From an uncultured bacterium (GTDB taxonomy: Bacteria > Actinomycetota > Actinomycetes > S36-B12 > CAIYMF01), in the NCBI GenBank assembly GCA_903927265.1, contig CAIYMF010000102.1, forward strand, positions 47 through 64,046: 64,000 bases of DNA, in the 5' to 3' direction. Below are positions 9,516-17,207 of this stretch, in pieces. The notes under the pieces were generated by a model. The model worked only from the letters and a program-made list of their open reading frames with translations, had not been told where the DNA came from and made no database searches. Position 1 is the first letter of the stretch; every line of letters begins with the position of its first letter. Both the position numbers and the translations under genes were made by a program.

Positions 9516-10172
9516 GTGAGCGAGAGCCTGTACGCACAGTTGATCAGCCTCACGGCTGGCACGTTGCTGCTCACCGCCGCCCTCATCGTGTGGCGTCGTT
9601 CGCTGCGCGCCTCAGTGCGCCTTCTCGCAATTCAAGGCATCGCTCTCGCCGGTCTGGTGGCAGTACTCGGATGGCATGAGCGCACAATCGAACTCGTTCT
9701 TGTCTCACTGCTCGTGCTCGGCCTCAAGGCCATCGTGCTTCCGCTGGTGCTCTCGCGCAACGTGCTCACCCACGATGACGACCGCGAGGTTCCGAGACTG
9801 AATCCAACGGCGTCGTTGATCTTTGCCGCGCTGCTGACGATGCTCGCGTACATCGTGTGCCGCCCGTGGATGGGTGACACTGACGATCCCACCTCCCGAG
9901 CGGTTCCCATCGGAATTGCGCTGGTACTCATCGGATTTCTTCTCTTAATCACCCGGCGCCGCGCCGCCTCGCAACTCATCGGCTTCCTCGTCCTCGATAA
10001 TGGCATCGCAACCGTTGCGTTTCTCACCGCAACGGGAGTTCCTCTCATCGTCGAACTCGGCGCCTCACTCGATGTGCTGCTGGTCGTGCTGATCTTGCAG
10101 GTTCTTACCGGGCGCATGCAGGTGAAGTTCGGCGGAACAGACCTCGACGACCTGACGGAGTTGAAGGACTGA
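9516..10172 (+). CDS. HyfE/HycP-like small membrane subunit
   Basis: 218-aa hydrophobic protein sitting in the position of hyfE/hycP. C-terminal part is NuoK-like (LDNGIATVAFL...). Confidence 0.7.
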   Translation: MSESLYAQLISLTAGTLLLTAALIVWRRSLRASVRLLAIQGIALAGLVAVLGWHERTIELVLVSLLVLGLKAIVLPLVLSRNVLTHDDDREVPRLNPTASLIFAALLTMLAYIVCRPWMGDTDDPTSRAVPIGIALVLIGFLLLITRRRAASQLIGFLVLDNGIATVAFLTATGVPLIVELGASLDVLLVVLILQVLTGRMQVKFGGTDLDDLTELKD

Positions 10173-11623
10173 TGGCCGCCTTTCTCTTCGTACCCCTCGT
10201 GGCCGCGCTAGTCGGCGCCGCCATCGGTTCGTTCAACCGACCCGCCGCATTCCGACGATTCACCGGCATCGGCACCAGCATCGCCATTCTGGTAAGCGGC
10301 ATCGCACTGTCGGCCGCGGCGCTTGCCTCGCACGTTGAATCCTCAGTGACGGGATTGCTTCGCGCCGATGCACTGTCGTCGTACATGTTGTGCGTTATCG
10401 GGGCTGTAGCGCTCACCGCCACGTGGGGTGGCATCAGAGGGTCGGGCAAAGCCGATGGAGGACGCGTCTACAACGCGCTCATCTGTGCATTTCTCGGCGC
10501 CATGTCGCTGGCAGTACTCGCCGACAATCTCGGCATCATGTGGGTCGCGATCGAACTCACCACCATCGCGACCGCATTCCTCGTCGGCCACGCGCGCACG
10601 GGGCGCGCCCTTGAAGCGGCGTGGAAGTACGTGATTCTCGGCTCGGTGGGCGTTGCCATCGCCTTCCTCGGGATCGTGTTGCTGTACGCGGCGACGCGCG
10701 AATCCGGCTCGCCAACGTTGTCGTGGCTCGAACTTGATCAAGGCAACCTTGCCCTCAATCCCGCGCTCGTGAAGGCCGCTGCAGCACTTGCCGTGCTTGG
10801 CTTCGCCACTAAAGCCGGTCTCGCGCCCATGCACTCGTGGTTACCCGACGCCCACAGTCAGGCCCCCGCCCCCGTTTCTGGGTTGATGTCGGGAGTGCTG
10901 CTCGCCGTGGCGTTCTACGCAGTGCTGCGCATTCAGTCGATCGCCGACGCAGTACTCGGCCCTGATCTCATGCGCGGAATGCTCGCAGTGGGTGGTCTGC
11001 TGTCTCTCGCCGTCGCCGCTGCGCTTCTTATCGGCCAGCGTGACTACAAACGAATGCTCGCCTACTCGTCGGTCGAACACATGGGGCTGATGGCACTCGG
11101 TGCCGCCGCCGGTGGCGTCATCGGCCTCACTGCCGTGTTGCTGCACATCCTCGGTCACGGCCTCACCAAGTCATCACTGTTCGTGGTATCGGGTCGCATT
11201 CAAGGCGCGGAAGGCACCACCACGATTTCCGATGTGCGCGGATTGCTAACCCGGCGCCCCGGGCTGGGTGTCCCATTCCTCATCGCGATGGTTGCTCTGC
11301 TCGGGTTTCCGCCGTTCAGTTTGTTCTTCAGCGAGGTCGGAATCTTGATTGCCGCGTGGACGCGCGGTATGGGGTGGGTTACGGGCATCGCGCTCGTGCT
11401 GCTTCTCGTTGTCTTCGCAGCACTGGCGCGACTCACCGCCCGGCTGGCCTTCGGCGCACCTGAAGAAGCGGAATCCTCCGAACCTCTCGTCGACACCTCA
11501 TCGCACGGGCCACGAACCCCGCTGATCATTGCGCTGTCGGTAACCGCCGTCATCGCGTTCGTCGCCGTTCCTCTTGGTTCACTGTTGTCGAGCGCCGTCG
11601 CGGTGCTAAGCGGTGGGTCATGA
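10172..11623 (+). CDS. NuoM/NuoN/HyfF-like antiporter subunit
   Basis: 483-aa membrane protein with PMHSWLPDAHSQAPAPVSGLMSGVLL and LAYSSVEHMG motifs. 1-nt TGATG junction upstream. Confidence 0.85.
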   Translation: MAAFLFVPLVAALVGAAIGSFNRPAAFRRFTGIGTSIAILVSGIALSAAALASHVESSVTGLLRADALSSYMLCVIGAVALTATWGGIRGSGKADGGRVYNALICAFLGAMSLAVLADNLGIMWVAIELTTIATAFLVGHARTGRALEAAWKYVILGSVGVAIAFLGIVLLYAATRESGSPTLSWLELDQGNLALNPALVKAAAALAVLGFATKAGLAPMHSWLPDAHSQAPAPVSGLMSGVLLAVAFYAVLRIQSIADAVLGPDLMRGMLAVGGLLSLAVAAALLIGQRDYKRMLAYSSVEHMGLMALGAAAGGVIGLTAVLLHILGHGLTKSSLFVVSGRIQGAEGTTTISDVRGLLTRRPGLGVPFLIAMVALLGFPPFSLFFSEVGILIAAWTRGMGWVTGIALVLLLVVFAALARLTARLAFGAPEEAESSEPLVDTSSHGPRTPLIIALSVTAVIAFVAVPLGSLLSSAVAVLSGGS

Positions 11624-13113
11624 CGATTCCCATTCCGCGCACCGACTCACGGCACGTTGATCGGTCGCGACTTGTCACTGAGGCCGAAGCCTTACTGGGT
11701 GCCGGGTTTCGAGTTGCGCTCGTCGCCTGTCACGACGACGGCGACTCACTGCGCGCGGTCTACGTGTTCACTGCCAGCCGCCCCGATCGGCGAGTCGAGT
11801 TGGTAGTCGCGGTTCCACGTGATGATGCGTGGGTGCCAACACTCGCAGGGCTCAACTACACGGCCGGTCGCTTCGAACGCGAGATGCGCGACATGTTCGG
11901 GCTTCGGCCAGAGGGTCACCCCCTTCCGCAGCGACTGGTGCGGCATGGTCACTGGCCCCAAGGCTGGTATCCGATGCTGCACGATGCTGATCCCGATCCC
12001 CAATTCGGAGCGCACCCCGGCACCTTCCCCTTCCTCGACGTTGAGGGCGACGGCGTCTACGAGATTCCAGTCGGCCCAGTTCACGCCGGATTGATTGAGC
12101 CTGGCCACTTCCGCTTCTACGTGGTGGGCGAAACCATCTTGCGCATGAAGGCGCGGCTGTGGTTCGTGCACCGCGGAGTTGAGCGCCTGTTCGAGGGCCG
12201 TGCGCCGACCGATGGCATCGAGATCGCCGAGCGGATCAGTGGCGACACGGCCGTCGGTCATTCAGTGGCGTATGCGATGGCAGTGGAATCGGCGGCTGGC
12301 ATTGAGGTCAGCCTCGTTGATCGACAACTTCGGGCGCTCCTGCTTGAACTCGAGCGTGCGTACAACCACGTTGGCGACATGGGCATGATCGCGAACGACG
12401 TCGGCTACGGAATTGCCAACGCACACGCACAGCGAATTCGTGAGTCGCTCTTACGCGTCAACCGTGCCGTAACCGGACACCGTCTACTGCGCGGCGCTGT
12501 TTCCATCGGTGGAACACAGGTGCGCGAACTTCCTGACGAAACGCTGCTGCTGAGCATCACCAACGACGTTGCCGAACTCGCAGCGATCACCCTCGGGCAG
12601 TCGATGGTGATGGATCGCCTGACCGGCACCGCCGTGCTATCGCAACACAAATCGCTCGACCTCGGCACGCTGGGCTACGTCGCTCGCGCTTCGGATGTAT
12701 CGATCGATGCTCGACTTGACCATCCCTTCGTCGATCTTGGCCCCGACTTCTCCGTCGTTACCGAGCAGACCGGCGATGTTCTGGCTCGCTACATGCTTCG
12801 TGTGCGTGAGTTCGAAGTGTCGATGAAGGTGACAGCTCACCTCCTGCGCGAACTCAACGGCTCGCTCGGAAGCGGCACTCGCGCAGCGCCTTACTCAGCC
12901 GGAAGTGGACTGGGAATCGTCGAAGCCTGGCGCGGAACTCTCGTGCACCGAGTGGAGTTGGGTGACATTGGTCAGGTGACTCGGGTGAAAGTCGTCGATC
13001 CGTCATTCGTTAATTGGCCGGCGTTGTCGATGTCACTCGCCGACACGATCGTGCCGGACTTTCCCCTGGTCAATAAGAGCTTCAACCAGTCGTACGCCGG
13101 CAACGACCTGTAG
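11620..13113 (+). CDS. fused NuoC-NuoD/HycE-like 'large subunit' lacking all [NiFe] cysteine ligands
   Basis: GPVHAGLIEPGHFRF and LWFVHRGVE are large-subunit signatures. The ligand motifs read ERISGDTAVGH (expected RxCGxCxxxH) and NKSFNQSYAGNDL at the C-terminus (expected DPCxxCxxR). There is one Cys in the whole protein (VACHDD, in the NuoC-like part). Confidence 0.85.
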   Translation: MTIPIPRTDSRHVDRSRLVTEAEALLGAGFRVALVACHDDGDSLRAVYVFTASRPDRRVELVVAVPRDDAWVPTLAGLNYTAGRFEREMRDMFGLRPEGHPLPQRLVRHGHWPQGWYPMLHDADPDPQFGAHPGTFPFLDVEGDGVYEIPVGPVHAGLIEPGHFRFYVVGETILRMKARLWFVHRGVERLFEGRAPTDGIEIAERISGDTAVGHSVAYAMAVESAAGIEVSLVDRQLRALLLELERAYNHVGDMGMIANDVGYGIANAHAQRIRESLLRVNRAVTGHRLLRGAVSIGGTQVRELPDETLLLSITNDVAELAAITLGQSMVMDRLTGTAVLSQHKSLDLGTLGYVARASDVSIDARLDHPFVDLGPDFSVVTEQTGDVLARYMLRVREFEVSMKVTAHLLRELNGSLGSGTRAAPYSAGSGLGIVEAWRGTLVHRVELGDIGQVTRVKVVDPSFVNWPALSMSLADTIVPDFPLVNKSFNQSYAGNDL

Positions 13114-13222
13114 TAATCGGCACCAACCTGCAGTACTATCGGGAGAATCGTGAGTCAGGCCCGCTCGTGACAGACGTCGGAATTGGGCTGCGAGCATTCC
13201 TGCCGAGCACGAGGAGACCCCC

Positions 13223-13474
13223 ATGTCGAACGAATTTGCCACCGCGGTCGACGCACTCATCGACCGAGCCAACAGCGACACCCGCCTGCGCGACCGACTC
13301 ATTAATGATCCAGCCGGGACGATCACTGCCATCACCTGCATGACAGTGCCCGATGACTGGAACATCGTGGCCATCGAGGCAGCCGACGGCTCAGTCAGTC
13401 TTGGGTTCGTCAACGACGAACTGCCGATGGAGTATCTCGAACTCCTCAGCGGTGGTTCTGGCTGTGCCCAGTAG
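13223..13474 (+). CDS. NHLP/Nif11-like leader-peptide family protein (possible RiPP precursor with a 5-aa tail after GG)
   Basis: Strong RBS GAGGAG 5-6 nt upstream of the ATG. ALIDRANSDTRLRDRLINDPAGTI...VPDDWNIVAIE...ELPMEYLELLSGG-SGCAQ follows the nitrile-hydratase-leader-peptide pattern (A..D....LL.DP ... P......V.E ... L.eLe..sGG). Confidence 0.5.
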   Translation: MSNEFATAVDALIDRANSDTRLRDRLINDPAGTITAITCMTVPDDWNIVAIEAADGSVSLGFVNDELPMEYLELLSGGSGCAQ

Positions 13475-13504
13475 TAACGGATGAGTGCCTAACCTCAGGT
13501 ACCT

Positions 13505-14209
13505 GTGTTGAATCACAATGCGGCACGGTCCCTCCAGATCCGTTGCACCCGCGCGGGGCGCTACGTCATTCGAGCGGAGAATCAACTCACCGACGTTGAC
13601 GCCATGCGGATCGAGATCCTGGCTGCCCTGGATGCCGACGGAGCGGATCCGGCTGAGATCGTAGAAGTCCATTACGTGGGCGATACAGCCCTTGATGAGC
13701 TGTTCAACTCCCAACCCACTCCCCCGGTGAGTCTGGGCTGGGAGGCGCTCATTCTGCCTGGCTCGAAGCGTCGACTATTTCGACTTCCCCAATCGACGCA
13801 GATCACGTTCGGCATTCGCGACGCCGAGCCAGAACACCTGCGCAACGTACACCGATGGAGTGCGCAGGATTACGATGACCCAACAGTCGACCACGATGAG
13901 TCGCTCCTGATTCGCCTCGAGGGTCAGGTGATCGGCTGGATTCCCGTGTGGCGGCTCACCTCACACACATCCCTCGTGCGCCACACCCGAATCGACCAGA
14001 AAGTCTTCGCTGACGATATAAGGCGCCATACGTTGCTGGCATTGGGCACCTACGCTCGCGCTGTGGAGCACCAACTCGAACAAGGGCGCGCAGTCATGAC
14101 GTGGCTACCTGACGACAACAATGAGGTGAACCACTTCAAAGTTCAGGTTGGCGGAGGCGTTCAGGCCACTCATTGGCTCAGCGTGCGCGTCAGACGCGAC
14201 CTGCAGTAA
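13505..14209 (+). CDS. hypothetical protein (no family recognised; weak GNAT-like C-terminal pattern)
   Basis: 234-aa ORF (GTG start) 30 nt after the leader-like gene on the same strand. Lower GC than the core. A small hairpin (TTGCGC-aca-GCGCAA, 14220-14234) follows the stop. Confidence 0.45.
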   Translation: MLNHNAARSLQIRCTRAGRYVIRAENQLTDVDAMRIEILAALDADGADPAEIVEVHYVGDTALDELFNSQPTPPVSLGWEALILPGSKRRLFRLPQSTQITFGIRDAEPEHLRNVHRWSAQDYDDPTVDHDESLLIRLEGQVIGWIPVWRLTSHTSLVRHTRIDQKVFADDIRRHTLLALGTYARAVEHQLEQGRAVMTWLPDDNNEVNHFKVQVGGGVQATHWLSVRVRRDLQ

Positions 14210-14385
14210 TACCTCGCCTTTGCGCACAGCGCAACGGACACGGGGAGTGACTGCACAGAAGGTGTGACGCCTACTACCGCGCCTCCCCTACGTTCGATGC
14301 TAAGGCGCCCCGAATGACAATGAAGAGGGACGATTGAGCCAATGGTGCACGGTGCAGCCAGCGTGGCGGTGATGTCGGTAGCAAC

Positions 14386-14538
14386 TTACGACATCACGCT
14401 GATACCGACACCTCGTGCCGCGTCAGCCAATCGCGCATCGAGCGTTGCCAAGGGCACACCCTCAGCCAGGCACAGCGCGAGGTAACTGCTGTCGTACACG
14501 CTCAGCGACAACTCTTTCGCGAGGTTCATGAGATGGGC
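14386..14538 (-). pseudogene. C-terminal remnant of a PIN-domain (VapC) toxin
   Basis: ...LAKELSLSVYDSSYLALCLAEGVPLATLDARLADAARGVGISVMS* is the conserved C-terminal third of VapC. The upstream part of the listed ORF (14386..14673) is Arg-rich out-of-family sequence overlapping another ORF. Confidence 0.5.
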
Positions 14539-14545
14539 ACCGGTG

Positions 14546-14962
14546 CTACGAAGCCACCTCACACGACGCCACAACAACGGCGATCGCACTGTCGCACGCT
14601 TCATGCCACTTGCGCGCCTGTGGACCGAAGCGAGGCGCTCCCATGTAAGTGATGGGACGCATGTAAGAGGCATTCGCTACTACTTGAGTTCCCCCCTCGA
14701 TCTCGTGAAACTGCACATCAACACTCACCGGATATTCAGCTGAGGGTGACGCGGCAAGTGCGACCGCAATGTCGCCGCTCACTGTTCCGTAAATGAAGAG
14801 TCCCGTGTTTCCATGCTCCGCCTTGATCTCGTTACTCAGATCATCAACGTTGTGATATCCATTCGCGTTCAGTGCTGCCAGTACTCGCTCGTGTGCCTGC
14901 GCGATCGGCATCTCAACTCCGAACGATTTGGCAACCGCAATGGCCGGGAAGAGCTTGCTCAT
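14546..14962 (-). CDS. hypothetical protein (138 aa)
   Basis: The internal ATG at 14962 is preceded by GGGGGG 6 nt upstream. The longer track ORF (to 15085) would run through the tRNA-derived repeat. No recognisable domain. Confidence 0.4.
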   Translation of the reverse strand: MSKLFPAIAVAKSFGVEMPIAQAHERVLAALNANGYHNVDDLSNEIKAEHGNTGLFIYGTVSGDIAVALAASPSAEYPVSVDVQFHEIEGGTQVVANASYMRPITYMGAPRFGPQARKWHEACDSAIAVVVASCEVAS

Positions 14963-15041
14963 CGTTGACCCCCCAGTGTCCGTTGCGGGCACACTGTGGC
15001 TGACCGCGACGATATCTGCCTCGTGCCCATACTTTACTGCC

Positions 15042-15086
15042 CAGAGCCGACGCCCGGACTTGAACCGGGAACCCCATGTTGACAAG
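15042..15086 (-). repeat. duplicated 3' end of tRNA-Thr (att-like direct repeat)
   Basis: 15042-15086 cagagccgacgcccggactTgaaccgggaaccCcAtgttGacaag versus 16419-16463 cagagccgacgcccggactCgaaccgggaaccAcCtgttTacaag. 41/45 identical, same orientation. Covers the acceptor 3' strand, the T-arm and part of the anticodon arm. Confidence 0.75.
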
Positions 15087-15167
15087 CCACTTGTGCGTTA
15101 GTTCGCCGTCGCTCGCGGTTCGTCACCGGAGTGCGTAGATCCGGTGCGCCGCAACGGACTACGCCCG

Positions 15168-15425
15168 TTAGTTGGCCGCTAACGTTCGCGGCCAACCGCT
15201 ACTAGTCGGAACCCGTAGTGACACGCGTAGTGACACCGGCGGCACCTCGCAAGAGTAGCTCCCCCGCCGCGCAGCATTCTGCAGGCGAGATGCTACTTCG
15301 TAGATCCACAAACTAGGCACCACCCGCCGAGTGATGACCACGTCCTCGCCCGACTCTGCTCGGACAAGGAGTTCGGAAAGCCTCGCCTTGGCTTGGAAAA
15401 CGCCGATTTCACTACACAAGTCCAA
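15168..15425 (-). pseudogene. chimeric remnant: Phd/YefM-VapB-type antitoxin N-terminus fused to an internal VapC fragment
   Basis: IGVFQAKARLSELLVRAESGEDVVITRR is antitoxin-like. It is directly followed by VVPSLWIYEVASRLQNAARRG (the PIN-domain 'P.L..EV...L' segment) and then nonsense. TTG start. Contains an 11-nt tandem repeat, cgtagtgacac, at 15214-15224 and 15226-15236. Confidence 0.45.
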
Positions 15426-15521
15426 CAGGCCAGCGTGTTGGACAGATGGGGGGCTAACCTCCTATTCCCTAGTATGTAAGTGGGCTTGATATCCACGGTC
15501 TCGGAGTGGCACAGTCGTGTC

Positions 15522-16373
15522 ATGACCTCGACCACCGCCTTCACCCTCACTCGCCAATCACCCCACTTCGGTGCTCACGTCACCGGTATCGATCTGAGTT
15601 CGGTCGACACGTCGACGGCAGCGGAGATTCGCGCCGCCCTTCTCGAGCACAAGGTGCTGTTCTTCACCGATCAGTCACTCGACGCCGAGCGACACATTGA
15701 GTTTGCGAACTACTTCGGAGAGACGACGTCGTCCCACCCGGTGATGCCCGCACTCGATTCCGAGCACCCACAGATTTGGGAAATCGACAGCACCGATCCC
15801 ACCGCACGCAATGACGCCTGGCACACCGACGTCACGTTCGTGGCTCGTCCTCCGATGGGTGCGGTGTTGAGAGCAGTGCAGGTTCCTGACGTGGGCGGTG
15901 ACACTTTGTGGGCCGACCTTGAGCAGGCGTACTGGTCACTATCCAAGCCGGTACGCGACCTCGTCGATCAGCTCGATGCCGAGCATGACGGAAGCCACGA
16001 GTTCGGTGATTACCTCGCCCAATACGGCGGCAACGACTGGGACGGAGCCACTGTGAAGCGACTCGACCCCGTCGTTCACCCGGTGGTCAGGGTGCATCCT
16101 GAAACGGGACGCCCCGCACTATTCGTGAGTCCCTGGTTCACCAAACGAATCATCGGCGTCTCGGAGGCCGAAAGTCGGGGAATCCTTGATCTACTTTTCG
16201 CGCACCTCACTAAGCCCGAGCACATCGTGCGTCACCGATGGCAGCAAGGAGACGTCGCGATGTGGGACAACCGCAACACCATGCACTACGCGACCTTGAA
16301 CTACGGCGACTTTCATCGAGTGATGCATCGCGTCACCATCGCGGGAGACGTGCCGATAGGCATTGGACGCTGA
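15522..16373 (+). CDS. TauD/TfdA family Fe(II)/2OG dioxygenase
   Basis: FGAHVTGIDLS..., WHTDVTFVARPPMGAVLRAVQVPDVGGDTLWADL (HxD facial triad), and ...MWDNRNTMHYA. ATG 15522 is preferred over the track start 15480. Confidence 0.85.
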   Translation: MTSTTAFTLTRQSPHFGAHVTGIDLSSVDTSTAAEIRAALLEHKVLFFTDQSLDAERHIEFANYFGETTSSHPVMPALDSEHPQIWEIDSTDPTARNDAWHTDVTFVARPPMGAVLRAVQVPDVGGDTLWADLEQAYWSLSKPVRDLVDQLDAEHDGSHEFGDYLAQYGGNDWDGATVKRLDPVVHPVVRVHPETGRPALFVSPWFTKRIIGVSEAESRGILDLLFAHLTKPEHIVRHRWQQGDVAMWDNRNTMHYATLNYGDFHRVMHRVTIAGDVPIGIGR

Positions 16374-16420
16374 GGGGCGACCGCGCTCACCTGGACTTAC
16401 TCACACACGTTGAACCTCAG

Positions 16421-16493
16421 AGCCGACGCCCGGACTCGAACCGGGAACCACCTGTTTACAAGACAGGTGCGCTGCCAATTGCGCCACGCCGGC
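16421..16493 (-). tRNA. tRNA-Thr (anticodon TGT)
   Basis: Reverse complement GCCGGCGTGGCGCAATTGGCAGCGCACCTGTCTTGTAAACAGGTGGTTCCCGGTTCGAGTCCGGGCGTCGGCT. It has a 7-bp acceptor stem (one G-U), the anticodon stem CCTGT/ACAGG with loop CTTGTAA, and the T-arm GGTTCGAGTCC. CCA is not encoded. Confidence 0.85.
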
Positions 16494-16521
16494 GGGCGGT
16501 GCCCTCAGAGCCTACCGACCC

Positions 16522-17127
16522 CTAAGGCACCCGCAGCACGGTCACCGCGAAGTCGGCGTCTGAACGCCACGGACGCAGATCCCACGTAGCGAAACGATGC
16601 TCGAGAGTCAGCCCCGCTTCGCCAATGTGCTGATCGAAAAGAGCCATGTCATAGCGATCAGTGTGGAAGCCGGTGACGATGAATCCATCGGAATGCACGT
16701 GTGCCGCAACGCGCTTCAGCACCTGTACCTCAGTCTGGGGCGCTACGAAAGCGAGCACATTGCCTGCCAACGCGGCCGCGTCGAAAAGTTCCGGCTCACC
16801 CATTGAGGCAAGATCGAGTTCGGCGAGGTCGGCCACCAGCCAGACCGGGCCGGGGTGGTCCTCGCGCGCCGCATCGATCAATTCCGGATCAACATCAACA
16901 CCCACGACCCTGTGGCCACGCGCGTTGAGTTCGCCGGCCAGCCGACCAGGGCCGCAGCCGCCGTCAAGCACTCGCGAACGGGGCGGGACCATCGCGTCAA
17001 TGAGACGTGCTTCGCCGGCCAAGTCGGCACCTTCTGCGGCGAGCCCGCGCATCCGCGCGATGTAGTTCTGGGAATGGTTGTCGCCGGTGTCGGAGAACCA
17101 CCGAGGGGTTGAGGTCACGATGTCCAC
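16522..17127 (-). CDS. class I SAM-dependent methyltransferase
   Basis: VLDGGCGPGRLAGELNARGHRVVGVDVDPELI is motif I. The track start (TTG 17172) lies inside a 14-bp inverted repeat, so GTG 17127 is preferred. Confidence 0.75.
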   Translation of the reverse strand: MDIVTSTPRWFSDTGDNHSQNYIARMRGLAAEGADLAGEARLIDAMVPPRSRVLDGGCGPGRLAGELNARGHRVVGVDVDPELIDAAREDHPGPVWLVADLAELDLASMGEPELFDAAALAGNVLAFVAPQTEVQVLKRVAAHVHSDGFIVTGFHTDRYDMALFDQHIGEAGLTLEHRFATWDLRPWRSDADFAVTVLRVP

Positions 17128-17160
17128 GCTATCGCGCGGCCGCGCCTCCCGATTCCCCTC

Positions 17161-17207
17161 TTCTATGAGCAAAATGCGCCGGATTCGGGCCGGTTTTGCT
17201 CATAGAA
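17161..17207. repeat. perfect 14-bp inverted repeat with 19-nt spacer in a divergent intergenic region
   Basis: TTCTATGAGCAAAA (17161-17174) ... TTTTGCTCATAGAA (17194-17207). AT-rich relative to its surroundings. Confidence 0.7.

Noticed and set aside
11620-13113. Calling the locus a formate hydrogenlyase or a functional group-4 [NiFe] hydrogenase
   Set aside because: The large-subunit homologue has one Cys in total and none at the four ligand positions. No hyp/hycI genes, FdhF or HycB/F ferredoxin genes are visible. Only the fold is hydrogenase-like.
15087-16420. Declaring the tauD segment an intact mobile genetic island
   Set aside because: No integrase, excisionase or transfer genes lie between the repeats and the GC content of tauD looks core-like. 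Only the att-like scar is reported.
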